Shown: piece by piece, positions 28,548 through 39,062 of the stretch
How the letters are laid out: the number at the start of each line of letters is the position of its first letter
Position numbering within the stretch: position 1 is the first letter of the stretch
NCBI GenBank assembly: GCA_965204755.1
Contig: OZ242011.1
Coordinates: 3,072,001-3,136,000 of the forward strand
Direction: 5' to 3'
DNA: 64,000 bases
Origin: Candidatus Marinacidobacterium sp.
GTDB lineage: Bacteria; Acidobacteriota; Vicinamibacteria; Marinacidobacterales; Marinacidobacteraceae
Translations under genes and position numbers: made by a program
Notes under the pieces: model-generated
Databases searched by the model: none
Seen by the model: the letters and a program-made list of their open reading frames with translations, nothing else
What the model was told of the DNA's origin: nothing

Positions 28548-29319
28548 GGTAACCCGGTCTCGACGCCGGGGGCAGGGAGGCGAGTTCCCGGCGGAGGCGG
28601 GCGAGGTCTTCCGGGCGGTCCACATCCCACGACCCCGGCGTCCGGAAGAGATCGACCCCGGCGGCGGCGGCGTTTCGGGAGACGGCGGCGAGGACGCCGT
28701 CGCTTCCCCACGGGACGGCGCGGAAGAGGGAAGACGCCGCCGGGCGCGGCAAACGGCCGACGGCGAGGCCGAGCAGCACGAAGCCGCCGTCCTCGGCGGG
28801 GGCGATGACGGCTTCGCGCTCGGCGAGAGCGGCGAACGCGCCCTCCACCGCCGAGAGCGGGAGCAGCGGGGAGTCGGCGCCGACGACGACCAGGCGCTCG
28901 ACGCCCGCCGCGGCCGCCGCCCCCGCCGCGCGCGAGAGGCGGGCGCCGAGGTCGCCGTCCCCCTGCGGGGCCGGGTTCCAGCCGTCCGGAACGACGAGGC
29001 GCGGGCCGTCCGCGTCGCCCGAACGCTCGTCCGCCTCCCGCGCGGGCCGTTCCCCGGAGCAGCGGAGTTCGAGTTCCACCGGCGGCCCGTCGCCATCCCC
29101 GAGAGCGCTGCCCGTCCGCGACCACCGCGAGAGCCGCCCCAGCAGCGCGTCCGCCATGGCGAACGACAGCGCGGCGGCCTGCGCCGGAGTGAGCGGCGGG
29201 ACGAGGCGCGTCTTCATCCGCCCCGGCGCCTCGTTCCGGGCGAAGACGACCAGCCGCCGCCCCGGCGCCCGCCCCGGATCCCGACGCGGCGCCCGCCCCG
29301 GCGCCCGCCCCGGCGACAA
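28510..29319 (-). CDS. DUF2064 / TIGR04282-type glycosyltransferase-like protein
   Basis: VFAR...GRMKTRL, QGDGDLGARL, GADSP, PAEDGGFVLLG, WDVDRPEDL. Confidence 0.85.
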   Translation of the reverse strand: MSPGRAPGRAPRRDPGRAPGRRLVVFARNEAPGRMKTRLVPPLTPAQAAALSFAMADALLGRLSRWSRTGSALGDGDGPPVELELRCSGERPAREADERSGDADGPRLVVPDGWNPAPQGDGDLGARLSRAAGAAAAAGVERLVVVGADSPLLPLSAVEGAFAALAEREAVIAPAEDGGFVLLGLAVGRLPRPAASSLFRAVPWGSDGVLAAVSRNAAAAGVDLFRTPGSWDVDRPEDLARLRRELASLPPASRPGYLTAVLARIPPFS

Positions 29320-29338
29320 CGACGCGCCGCCCGCGGAC

Positions 29339-31549
29339 CTAGCGACCGACGGCGGCCTCCCCCGCGGCGCGGTTCCCCGGATCGTCCTCCACGCGCACCA
29401 CCACCGTCGCCGCGCCCGCCGGGAAATCCGGGATCACCCCCCCGTACTCCTCCGTCAGCGAGTCCGCGATCCCGTCCAGCGGGCGGAGCACCTGCGGCTC
29501 GCCGCCGTCCACCGAGACATCCGCCCGGCGGATGGGGCTGCCGGCGTCCGTCGCGGTGAACCGCACCGAGCCGTCGCCGCCCACCGTGAGCCCGGAGATC
29601 GTCGGCGGGGTGTTGTCCACCACGAACGGCCGGCTGACCCGCGTCCCGGTGAGCGCCTCGTCGGGCGGGTTGTCCGGGGCGTCCCCGGCCTCCACCCGCA
29701 ACTCGTAGCGGCCGTCCGCCATCGCCGAGGTGTCCCAGGCGACCACCCGCTCCCGGAGCCCGGAGCGCAGCACCCGCCACTCGACTTCGCCGGCGAGTCG
29801 CACGGAGACCCGGTAGCGGAGCCGGTCGCCGTTCGGGTCCGCCGCCTCGAAGGTCGCGGTCCGGATTCCCGGACGGAACAGCCGCCGCCCGCCGCCGAAC
29901 GAGGCCCCGGCGCCGCCGTTCTCCCGCTGCGCCTGCGTGGTCTCCGGCTGCCCCTCCATGCCCTGGAGGCGCGGCGCGGAGGGGTTCAACATCTCCTCGA
30001 ACACCCGGCCCGGCGGGTGCAGCGTGATCGAAGCCACCCGGGGGGCGAGGTTCTCCGGCAGGTAGGCCGCGGTGAGCCCGGTGAGTTCGGGACTCGCCAT
30101 GCCGTCCGACCGGAGCACCGCCCGCCACTGGAGGAACCGCGCCGCCGGGCTCGCGACGGACGCCCCGCTCTCGGCGGCGGCCCAGTCGCTCCAGGTGTCG
30201 TCGGGCTCCTCCGAGTTCCCGGCGCGGGTCTCGACGGCTACGGCGGTCCCCGGCGGCGTGCGGGCCTCCCACTCGATCCGGCCGAACCGCGCGGCGCCGC
30301 CGGCGTCCAGCACCCGCGAGCGGTACCGCCCCTCGGTGCGCGGCCCCGGGCCGAGCGCCAGCACCCGGCCGGGGTTGGACGCGCCGAGGAAGACCGTCTC
30401 GCCATCGGCCACCGCCGCCGTGACCTGCTCCGAGTCCACCCGGAGGACGAGCGCGGCGTCGCCGTCGCGGGAGACCCGGTAGAGCCGCCCCCGGTCGCCG
30501 GTTCCCAGCAGCAGCCGCTCGTCGCGCTGCATGGCGAGCGCCAGCGGGCGGTCCTGGTCCGACTCCCAGATCGCGGTCGCCGCGCCGTTCGGGGCGATCC
30601 GGTAGAGCGCGTTCTTCGCCCCCCCGTTCCCGCCGCCCGACCCGCGCCCGCTCCGGCCGGCCGCCGCAGCCGCAGCCGCCGCCGCGGCGCCGGCGAAGGC
30701 GCGGAAGGAGACCGTGGTGGTCACCCCGGCGGCCGCCGGCGGGGCCTCCGGCGGCCGCGCGGCCGCGGCGCCCGCGGCGTCCCCGCCCTCGCCCTCCGCG
30801 ACCGCCGCGGCGAACACCTCCCCGGCGGCGTTCACCGCGAGCCCCCGGATCTCCGCCTGCGGCGTGTCGTAGAGCGCCATCGCGTCGCCGTCCGCGCCGA
30901 TGCGGAACACGATCCCGGAGGGCTCGACCCCGGCGTGCAGGACGCCGTCGGCGCTCCGGTGGAGCGCGGTCACATTCTCCTCGCGCGCGGAGAAGACCGT
31001 CGCGACCTCCCCGGTCGCCCCGACCCGCAGCACCGCGCCCGGCATCCCGGTGGCGACCAGCACGCCGCCGCCCGGCTCCGGCACGATCGCCCACACATAG
31101 CGCGCTTCCGTCTCGGCGAGCACCGCGCGCTCCCCGCCCGGGGACACGCGCTGCAGGCTTCCGCCGGGAGAGGCGGCGAAATAGACCGAGCCGTCGGCCC
31201 CGACCGCCGCCGCGTGGACGGCCGATTCCCCGGTGTCCGCCAACCGCCGGGGCTCACCGCTCCCGGCGCGGAGCAGCCCGTCGGCGCCGCTGCCGCCGGC
31301 GACCACGCCGCCGGAACCGTCGCTCGCCACGGCCCAGACGAAGGGCTGCTCCGAGTCGTGGAGCGGGCGGAGCGCCGGCGCGAGCCGGACCCGCGCCTCC
31401 GGGCCGACGCTCACGCCCTCGCTCTCGCCGGAGAGGAAGTCGCCGCCGGTCTCGAACCGCCAGAAGTCCCGGCCCCCGGCGAAGGCCAGCCCGGCGAGGG
31501 CGAGTCCGGCGGGGAGCAGCAGCGCCCGCCGCGCCCGAACCCGGCTCAT
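29339..31549 (-). CDS. Exported beta-propeller plus Ig/FN3-like protein
   Basis: Signal peptide; repeated propeller blades; TRAGNSEEPDDTWSDW; VDNTPP. Confidence 0.75.
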   Translation of the reverse strand: MSRVRARRALLLPAGLALAGLAFAGGRDFWRFETGGDFLSGESEGVSVGPEARVRLAPALRPLHDSEQPFVWAVASDGSGGVVAGGSGADGLLRAGSGEPRRLADTGESAVHAAAVGADGSVYFAASPGGSLQRVSPGGERAVLAETEARYVWAIVPEPGGGVLVATGMPGAVLRVGATGEVATVFSAREENVTALHRSADGVLHAGVEPSGIVFRIGADGDAMALYDTPQAEIRGLAVNAAGEVFAAAVAEGEGGDAAGAAAARPPEAPPAAAGVTTTVSFRAFAGAAAAAAAAAAGRSGRGSGGGNGGAKNALYRIAPNGAATAIWESDQDRPLALAMQRDERLLLGTGDRGRLYRVSRDGDAALVLRVDSEQVTAAVADGETVFLGASNPGRVLALGPGPRTEGRYRSRVLDAGGAARFGRIEWEARTPPGTAVAVETRAGNSEEPDDTWSDWAAAESGASVASPAARFLQWRAVLRSDGMASPELTGLTAAYLPENLAPRVASITLHPPGRVFEEMLNPSAPRLQGMEGQPETTQAQRENGGAGASFGGGRRLFRPGIRTATFEAADPNGDRLRYRVSVRLAGEVEWRVLRSGLRERVVAWDTSAMADGRYELRVEAGDAPDNPPDEALTGTRVSRPFVVDNTPPTISGLTVGGDGSVRFTATDAGSPIRRADVSVDGGEPQVLRPLDGIADSLTEEYGGVIPDFPAGAATVVVRVEDDPGNRAAGEAAVGR

Positions 31550-33480
31550 CGGGCCTCCACTTCGATCTCGAGCCGCCTCGTCCCGCTCACCGCCGCGTCG
31601 AAGTCCAGGTGTCCCTCCCAGAGCACGGAACTCGAGAGCGACCGGGTGAAGCCGCCCGAGGAGTCCCTCGACAGCACCGAGCGGACGCTCGGGGGCAGGG
31701 AAGGCAGGTACTCCCCGCCCACCACCGCGGCGGTCCGCCCGGTTCCGGCCAGCCGCACATAGAGCCGGCTCTGCCGACGGTGGCGGCTGATGACCCGGAA
31801 GATCTGCTCCACGCGCCGGGGCGCGCTCCCGGCCCCCTCCGCCCGGTCGGCGGCGGCGGCGGCGCGGGAATCGCCGACCAGCAGTTCCAGCCGCTGGCCG
31901 GCGGCGCTCGCCGGGATCGGGACCGCCAACTCCTTCACCCGCTCCTCCCCCCGGTAGTCGCGGGTGGCCACCTGGAGGGTGACCGTCTCCCCCGGCCGGA
32001 CGCGCGCCGACTCGATCCAGGCGCGGGTCAGCGCCGCCGTCCGCGCCGTTTCCGTCGCGCTGACTTCCACTTCCACCCGGCGCACCGGGATCCGCTCCAG
32101 CGGGTTGCCCAGCAGGAGCGCGATCGGCGCCGCGACCAGCGCCGCCGCCTGCTGCAGCGATCCGGAGGCCCCCGAGGCGAAGACATCCTCCAAGGCCAGC
32201 GTCCGCCCGCCCGCGACGCCGAGCCGGGCTTCGAGCCGCATGGTCTGCGGCCCGGACAGGCGCTCTTCCTGCGCGAGCGCCGACATCAGCCCGGAGAACG
32301 CCAGCAGCGGCGTCAGCAGGTCGTGGTCCACCAGTTCGAGGCGGTAGGTCCGCCGCGCGCCCCGGCTCCCGCCCACGGTGAGTTCCAGCGGCACCAGCGG
32401 GGCGCGCGCGCCGAGTTCGCCCCGGACGCCGGTGGCCCGATCCTGCCGCCAGACGCCCAGCGGCCGGCCGGCGCTGGTGAGTTTGAAGGAGTTCGCCAGC
32501 GAGGCGACCGCCGCCTCCACCCGCGCCTCCTGCATCGGGACGGCGAGGGTGCCGAGGCCGGTGAACGGGTGTCCGAAGGCGAACACTTCGCCGGTGGCCT
32601 CGTCCACATGGGTGACCGTGCCGCTCGCCATCATCACCAGGTCGCCCCCGATCAGCGTCGCGCCGATGGGACTGCCGGGGACCGGCGCCGGGGGCTCGCC
32701 GGCGGGTTCACCGGCGGGTTCGCGGTGTTGGGGGCCGCCCCCGGTCGTCACGGAACCGCCGACGGAGACGCCGCCGGGGGCGATCTCCATCCCCAACTGC
32801 CGGAACACCGGGGCGATCACTCCGGCCACCGCCGGGTCGAGCCCGCTGACCGAAACCGGGCTGAGGATCGCGGCGGGGGCGCCCGCGCCGGCGAGCGCCG
32901 GGGCGGCGCTGCCTCCGGGAAGCGGCGGATCGAGCGACGGGACTCCCTCCGGCGAGAACCGGAGGACCGGGGCGAGCCCCCGGCCGGCGGCGGCGTCCGC
33001 CGCGCCGGAGGCCGCGTTCCCGACCGGCGCCTCGGTGAACCGCAGCATCTCCTCGAACGGCGTGATGCCGCAGATCGGATCTCGCGAGAACGGGAAGGCG
33101 TAGGCCACCGCCCCGACCAGCCGGCCGTCCACATACACCGGGCTCCCGCTCATCCCCTGCATCACGCCGGTGTGCTCCAGCGGCCCGCCGGAGAGCCGCG
33201 CGAGGACGATGCTGCGCCCGGGAAAGGGGTTCCGCAGGACGCCGAGGATCTCCACGCCGAAGGTCTCGATCCGGTCCCCGGCGAACACGGTGCGCCCTTC
33301 GCCGGTCATCCCGGCCCGCACTTCGTCGAGCGGGAGAATCGCCTGCGCCGAGGCCGCCGTCGGCGCGAGGGCGACCGACCCGAAGATGGCCGGGGCCGCT
33401 AGGAACGCGAGTGTTCGGCGCCGGAGCGCCCTGCCGACCGCCGGCGGAATGCGCCCCGCGGGCGCTGTGGGGTGCCTCAC
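31546..33480 (-). CDS. SpoIVB peptidase S55-domain protein (start uncertain)
   Basis: GMTGEGRTVF, GVMQGMSGSPVYVDGRLVGAVAY, FAFGHPF; ATGA overlap with the downstream gene. Confidence 0.85.
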   Translation of the reverse strand: MRHPTAPAGRIPPAVGRALRRRTLAFLAAPAIFGSVALAPTAASAQAILPLDEVRAGMTGEGRTVFAGDRIETFGVEILGVLRNPFPGRSIVLARLSGGPLEHTGVMQGMSGSPVYVDGRLVGAVAYAFPFSRDPICGITPFEEMLRFTEAPVGNAASGAADAAAGRGLAPVLRFSPEGVPSLDPPLPGGSAAPALAGAGAPAAILSPVSVSGLDPAVAGVIAPVFRQLGMEIAPGGVSVGGSVTTGGGPQHREPAGEPAGEPPAPVPGSPIGATLIGGDLVMMASGTVTHVDEATGEVFAFGHPFTGLGTLAVPMQEARVEAAVASLANSFKLTSAGRPLGVWRQDRATGVRGELGARAPLVPLELTVGGSRGARRTYRLELVDHDLLTPLLAFSGLMSALAQEERLSGPQTMRLEARLGVAGGRTLALEDVFASGASGSLQQAAALVAAPIALLLGNPLERIPVRRVEVEVSATETARTAALTRAWIESARVRPGETVTLQVATRDYRGEERVKELAVPIPASAAGQRLELLVGDSRAAAAADRAEGAGSAPRRVEQIFRVISRHRRQSRLYVRLAGTGRTAAVVGGEYLPSLPPSVRSVLSRDSSGGFTRSLSSSVLWEGHLDFDAAVSGTRRLEIEVEAR

Positions 33481-33530
33481 GGAAACGCGCCGAAATCCTA
33501 CCGCCACACCGAACCTGGAATTTCGCGCGG

Positions 33531-34754
33531 TCAGCGCGGCGCCTTCCAAAGACGCACGGTGAACCGGTGTTCCTCCTCGATCAGACCGGGTTCGGTGTCG
33601 TTGTGGCGACGCATCGCCAAGATGATTCGGTTCCGAACCCCCATTCCGAGGTGCTCCACATACCGATAGTCCCGAAGAACGTCCTTCAGCAATCCGTTCC
33701 TCGTGGCGCGCATCCCCTCCTTCATACGCTCCACCGTGACCCCGTTCGGCAATCTTCCCGGAGAAATCACCTCCAGACGGTCATCGTACAGCGAAACCTC
33801 CACATCCGTGGTTTCTCGAGCGTAGTCGCGATGCGTCACGGCGTTCACCACCGCCTCCCTGATCGCATCCAATGGCAGAGCGCGTCGGAGGCGCCGGCGG
33901 CCGCCCTTCAACCACGCGCGCGTGCCGACATTTCGCCGAACGAAATCGAGAGCGCGGTCGATCACGCCCTTCTCCTCGACCCGCCCTCTGGCAGACAGCC
34001 GCGACACGAGCGGACCGCGGATCACTTCCTCGTCGGTCGTCGCATAGTCCTTGTCGCTCGACGGGAACGAAACCGCGGTGATTCCTGCCTGCGGCAGATG
34101 CCGGTTCGGGTTGCGCCCGAACAGGAGGAGGCCGGCCACTGTCGCCGGATGACCGGCCCGCTCGTCGAGCAGTCCCAAGTTCGTCAGGACCCGGGCCCAC
34201 TCGTCGGTCTCTTTCGGCGTGTCGCGACGCAAGACCACGCCGAAGTAGTTCTCGAGCAGCGACAGGTCCAGATTGCCCAATCCGGTCTGCGGCACCGGCT
34301 TCATTTCATAATGCACGATTCCGGCCTGCTGCCAGAGTCGCAGCTCTTCCTCTCGCGTCGTTTCACGCGAAGTAGCGCCGACCCGGGAAAACGAAACCCA
34401 CGCCTTCCCAATCCGCGCGCGATAGGGCTTTCCGGGGCTGTTGTCAGGCAGGTCGACGATTCCGACTCGACGGCCGCTCTCCATCGTCACCGTCGTCCAG
34501 AAGGGAATGATCGGCGGCTGCACATTGTTCTGCGCGATGCTCATGATGCGCTGGTCCGCCTGGTCGCGAGGCTGCGTCAAGCCGCTGACTTCTCCGTCAT
34601 CTTCCACGCCGAGAAGGATCCGTCCGCCGTTGGCGTTGAGCAAGGCCGACATCGCTTTGGCGATCTTGTCGGGATGGACATCATCCCTCTTGAACTCGAC
34701 CGCGGAGTTCTCTCCATTCCGCAGCAGTTCCAGGATATCGGCGCGTGTTGTCAT
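33531..34754 (-). CDS. Schlafen/AlbA_2 domain plus HATPase_c_4 (RecG-C-like) protein
   Basis: GENSAVEFK, ALLNANGGRILLGVEDDG, REAVVNAVTHRDY, DRLEVISPG, GMGV. Confidence 0.88.
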   Translation of the reverse strand: MTTRADILELLRNGENSAVEFKRDDVHPDKIAKAMSALLNANGGRILLGVEDDGEVSGLTQPRDQADQRIMSIAQNNVQPPIIPFWTTVTMESGRRVGIVDLPDNSPGKPYRARIGKAWVSFSRVGATSRETTREEELRLWQQAGIVHYEMKPVPQTGLGNLDLSLLENYFGVVLRRDTPKETDEWARVLTNLGLLDERAGHPATVAGLLLFGRNPNRHLPQAGITAVSFPSSDKDYATTDEEVIRGPLVSRLSARGRVEEKGVIDRALDFVRRNVGTRAWLKGGRRRLRRALPLDAIREAVVNAVTHRDYARETTDVEVSLYDDRLEVISPGRLPNGVTVERMKEGMRATRNGLLKDVLRDYRYVEHLGMGVRNRIILAMRRHNDTEPGLIEEEHRFTVRLWKAPR

Positions 34755-34755
34755 G

Positions 34756-37437
34756 TCAGAAACCGTACTTGCGCTGCCTGGTCTCGAAGGCGGTTCTGCC
34801 CCCTTCCAGCAGTTCCTCGATCAGTTCCTTCACGGTCTCTTGATCGATGGAACCTCGATGTTCGTCACGGATCTGAGCACTTCCGACGCCTGCTTCTCCT
34901 GCCGCCGTCAATCCGAGAATCAACTCCGCGTCACCCAGCACGGGTATGTTCGCGTTGTGTGTGGACAGGACGAATTGCCGCTCGCGCTTGGCGGCCCGCA
35001 AGCGCGGAACGATGTCGGCGCTGATGAACCGGTTGTCGAGATCGTCCTCAGGTTGATCGACCACCAGCGGGCCGTCGGCCTTGAGCAACATGAGAAGCAG
35101 GACGGCGGTCGCCTTTTGACCCTTCGACAGTTGGTCGACTTCCTTCCACTGCGGCGGATCGCTCGTCGAGGCCGTGTTCAGGCGAAGCGCCGTCTGCGCC
35201 CCGAGATCGACCTCCTCGATAAGCATCAAGGCCTCGTCAGGCGCCCCGGCGACGCTCAGAGCCTGCGAAGGGGTGATCCCGTAATGCTTCTGGAGCGCGG
35301 CGGCGCCCTCGCGGCAACGGATAACGAACTCCTGCAGCGAAAAGTCCTCCGCCCGCCGGAGGGCCTGTTCCACGCTGTCGAGCCGCCCGCCGACCTGTTC
35401 CCGTAGGATCTGCATCACCGGGCTCCTGTCGGTTGCCGGCGACACTCCGATAGCGACTCTGCCGCTAAGTTGGCGACTCAAGTTCTTGGCCGCCCTCTGG
35501 AGCCGCAGCAGGCGCGCGGACTGCAGATCCTGCCATTCCCGGAGAAGGGTCTGCCGCCGATCGGCGTGCTCGCTTTCCGCCTGCAGACTGAGTTCTTCCC
35601 GTTGGCGAAGCGGGCGCAGACGTTCGATCTGTTCACGCAGGCGAATCAGTTCCCCTCCCTGAACCGCACCTTCCCCAAGCCCGCGAAGGATCTCCTGGTA
35701 GGTCGTTTCAACTTCGGTCTTGCGCGCCACCCACCGTGCGCGAACTTCGTCGATACGCCGATCTGCCTTGCCGAGGGACTTCTCCATCTCGGCCGCGTTG
35801 GCTTCAAGATCACTGCTCAGCGAAGTCAAGACGGGGTTCAGGTCGTCGAGGATGGCGCGGCCGGGCAGATCCTCGAGCGCTCTCTCGGAGAGAAAGGCCC
35901 GATCGATCGGCAGTTCCACGGCCAAATTCGATACGAGCGCCCGCAAGGACTCCAGACGCTCGGGTACGGAGTTCAGGAGGCTCTCCTCCCGCACGACCAA
36001 GGTGCGCTCCCGAAGACGGTCCTCGAATCCGGCATCTCGGAACCGCTCCAACTGCTCCTCCAAGCCCGGCAGCGTGGCGAGACGGTCACGAGTGGCTCTC
36101 AATTCCTTTCGGGTTTGGAGAAGGGCGTCGCGATTCTTCGCGAGTTCTCGCGACAGGTCGGCCTGCCGGTCGTCGAGACTCGGATCTGGATCGAGAAAGA
36201 CTCCGAGCAGGCGGGCCAGACCGGCGGCGTCCGCCGTCAACTCCGAGATTTCTCGTTGACCACAGACTACGACTTCGGGGAACACATCCTCGGGAGCGAG
36301 ATCGGTTCTCTCCGCATTCGCCTTCAGGACGACCGGCGGGTTCGGAACCGTGCGCTCGATCGTGTACTCATGAACGGACGGTTGCGCCGACCGAATCCGC
36401 AGGGACACCTTGGTGCCCTCTCGCAGGACATTCCTTACGATGCCGCGGTGCGCACTCCTCGAACTGTCGTCCCTTGGCTCGCGGCGAAGAACATACCGAA
36501 GGCTCTCGATGACGGTCGATTTTCCGGCGCCCCGCCCTCCCAACAGGACATTCAGGTTGGGATTGAAGAAGATCTCCGTGTCGTCCAGAAAGCCGCCCGT
36601 CCACTTCATGGAGACGAATTCGTAATTCGCACGCGTGTCTTCTTCACCGTGGAGCCGCACTCTGGACTCCGGATCCAGAAACGCTTGGCGCAGCCCCTCG
36701 AGACTCACATCGACCATCTTGAGGAAACAGGAAGTACCGGGTTCCGACAACTCTTCCGGGTCATCTACATCTTTCGCGTTGATGATGGCGACGGGTTGCT
36801 TCCTAGAGTACTCGGCGCACTTGTTCCGTAGGATGAGGCGATCTCCTTCGTCAACATCGTCTATCGAACCACTGAGAGAGCAGGCCAGAAGGTCCGGTGA
36901 TTTCCACGCGTTGACGCGCGGCTCTTTCGACAACTGTCGCAGGAGACCGCCGCCTGTCGTTACATGGGCAGCAATGCAGATCGCGCCCCATCCCTTGGAC
37001 ACTTCCAAGAATTCCAGAACATCATGGTGTCCGGTGGACAAGGCGTCTCTCGTGGATCGAATATCACAGCCACCGATCCGCCTCTCGATCTCTTCGACGG
37101 TGACATCCAAGTCGAAGAGACAGAGAAGATGGACTCCATCCTTCGTCTTGGCCTCGAACCCGGGGAAGACAGAGATCCCGTTCGAGCGGCAGGCATCCAT
37201 CAGGGATACCGAAGTGTGGATTTCGTAGTGATCGGTGATCGCGATCGCGTCTATGCCGTTGTTGCGGCACGCTTCGACCATTGCCGTGTTGTAGTCAACC
37301 GCGGTGTCGAACCGGATTGGCTTCGAGTTCTTTCGCAGATACTCGAATGGATTCACTTGGAGAGCGCATTTGTAGAAGTGCGCTCCGGATCGCCGCTCTC
37401 GGGGGGGGGCGAGGGCCGGGTCGATCATCGGTGACAA
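34756..37437 (-). CDS. PHP phosphoesterase plus SMC/ABC ATPase fusion (Ppl/TrlF-like defence protein)
   Basis: AITDH, GFE, HLL, AAH PHP motifs; GGRGAGKST; coiled coil; LSKGQK, DQPEDDLDN, STHNAN. Confidence 0.85.
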   Translation of the reverse strand: MSPMIDPALAPPRERRSGAHFYKCALQVNPFEYLRKNSKPIRFDTAVDYNTAMVEACRNNGIDAIAITDHYEIHTSVSLMDACRSNGISVFPGFEAKTKDGVHLLCLFDLDVTVEEIERRIGGCDIRSTRDALSTGHHDVLEFLEVSKGWGAICIAAHVTTGGGLLRQLSKEPRVNAWKSPDLLACSLSGSIDDVDEGDRLILRNKCAEYSRKQPVAIINAKDVDDPEELSEPGTSCFLKMVDVSLEGLRQAFLDPESRVRLHGEEDTRANYEFVSMKWTGGFLDDTEIFFNPNLNVLLGGRGAGKSTVIESLRYVLRREPRDDSSRSAHRGIVRNVLREGTKVSLRIRSAQPSVHEYTIERTVPNPPVVLKANAERTDLAPEDVFPEVVVCGQREISELTADAAGLARLLGVFLDPDPSLDDRQADLSRELAKNRDALLQTRKELRATRDRLATLPGLEEQLERFRDAGFEDRLRERTLVVREESLLNSVPERLESLRALVSNLAVELPIDRAFLSERALEDLPGRAILDDLNPVLTSLSSDLEANAAEMEKSLGKADRRIDEVRARWVARKTEVETTYQEILRGLGEGAVQGGELIRLREQIERLRPLRQREELSLQAESEHADRRQTLLREWQDLQSARLLRLQRAAKNLSRQLSGRVAIGVSPATDRSPVMQILREQVGGRLDSVEQALRRAEDFSLQEFVIRCREGAAALQKHYGITPSQALSVAGAPDEALMLIEEVDLGAQTALRLNTASTSDPPQWKEVDQLSKGQKATAVLLLMLLKADGPLVVDQPEDDLDNRFISADIVPRLRAAKRERQFVLSTHNANIPVLGDAELILGLTAAGEAGVGSAQIRDEHRGSIDQETVKELIEELLEGGRTAFETRQRKYGF

Positions 37438-37964
37438 GCGTTGACTGACGGAGAAGCGAAATCCGTCGAATTCACGGACCGAGGAAGAGCGGGCGTTCGC
37501 GCCAAGCCCCCACTAGAGGAAACGCAACGGATGGCGAGGGAAGGGGCGACGGAATCATCAGGGTGCGAAAAGGCTCTCGGCAGCACGACCGGGCAAAATG
37601 CCAGTCCGCCCGACGCAGACGCGCAGTAATGTTAGCAACCACCCCGGCCAGCCGGTCGATCCTCACCCCGGACGGGACGTTCCGCCGATTCGATGCCGGT
37701 CGGCTGACGGAGGGGGCTTGGTCGCCTTTTCACTCGGAGTTCCGGCAGGACCGGCGAAGCGCCACAATCCCTCCGAGACCCGGCGCTCGAGTGGGTGCGC
37801 CGAACTCTCGGCGCGGCACGGGCGATGAGGCCGCCTCTCGCCGCGGCCCCGCCGGGGACCGGCCCCCGCCATGGGACCGAGCGGGGACTCGTGCCTTCGG
37901 TTGAGAGGGGGGACGGCGGCGCGCTCCCGGCGCCGCCTGCCCGCCCCCTACACTCTCCGGCGTC

Positions 37965-39032
37965 GTGGGGGAGAGCCGGTACTCGCGCCAGACGCGGTTT
38001 TCCCCCATCGGCGAGGACGGGCAGGAGCGGATTTCGCGGAGTCGGGTGTTGGTGGTGGGCGCGGGGGCGCTCGGGTGCTCGGCGCTCGACCAACTGGTGA
38101 GGGCCGGGGTCGGGAGGGTGCGGTTTTGCGACCGGGACACCGTGGAGATCACCAACCTGCAGCGGCAGTCGCTCTACGAGGAGACCGACGCCGCCGAGGG
38201 GCTCCCCAAGACGGAGGCGGCGCGCCGCCGATTGGCTCGGGTCAACGGGGAAGTCGAACTCGAACCGCTCGCGCTCGACCTCCACGCGGGGAATATCCGG
38301 CGGGTCTTCGACGGGGTGGACCTCGTCCTGGACGCCACGGACAACTTCGAGACCCGCTACCTGATCAACGACGCCGCGGTCGAGGGCGGGATCCCCTGGA
38401 TCTACGCCGCCTGCGTCGGCAGTTACGGGATGACGCTGACGGTCGTTCCCGGCCGGACGCCCTGCCTGCGCTGCGTGGTTCCCGACCTCCCGCCGCCGGG
38501 CTCCTCCCCGACCTGCGACACCGCCGGGGTGATCGCGCCGGCGATCGCCGCGGTCATGGGTTACGCGGTCGCCGAAGCGCTCAAGGCGCTCGCCGGGCGC
38601 GGCGGCGACCTGGCGGCGGGCATCTGGCATCTGGATGTCTGGGAACGGACCGCCTACCGGATGGACATCGGCGCCCCGGATCCGGACTGTCCGGCCTGCG
38701 GGCGGCGGGAGTTCCCGTTCCTGGCCGGGGGCGGCGCCGGGGCGTCGCTGACGCTGTGCGGGAGGAACGCGGTGCAGGTGCGTCCCCCGACGCCCGCGGA
38801 ACCCGGAGACGGGACGGCCGGGGAGGAGGACGAGGCCCGGCTCGCGCGGCTCGCGGCCCGGCTGGAGGGCGTCCCGGAAGTCGCCGGCTCCCTCCGCGCC
38901 AGCGAGCACCTGCTGCAGTTCGAGGTGGAGGGGCGCCGGCTGGTGGTCTTCCCCGACGGCCGCGCCATCGTCCACGGCGTCACCGAACCGGGCGAAGCCC
39001 GCTCGCTCGTCTCCCGCTATGTCGGGAATTGA
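37965..39032 (+). CDS. ThiF/MoeB-family adenylyltransferase
   Basis: RYSRQ, GAGALG, NLQRQ, DATDNF, CLRC, CPAC. Confidence 0.92.
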   Translation: MGESRYSRQTRFSPIGEDGQERISRSRVLVVGAGALGCSALDQLVRAGVGRVRFCDRDTVEITNLQRQSLYEETDAAEGLPKTEAARRRLARVNGEVELEPLALDLHAGNIRRVFDGVDLVLDATDNFETRYLINDAAVEGGIPWIYAACVGSYGMTLTVVPGRTPCLRCVVPDLPPPGSSPTCDTAGVIAPAIAAVMGYAVAEALKALAGRGGDLAAGIWHLDVWERTAYRMDIGAPDPDCPACGRREFPFLAGGGAGASLTLCGRNAVQVRPPTPAEPGDGTAGEEDEARLARLAARLEGVPEVAGSLRASEHLLQFEVEGRRLVVFPDGRAIVHGVTEPGEARSLVSRYVGN

Positions 39033-39062
39033 GTCGGCGGGCGCCGCCCGGGAGCGGGAGGC

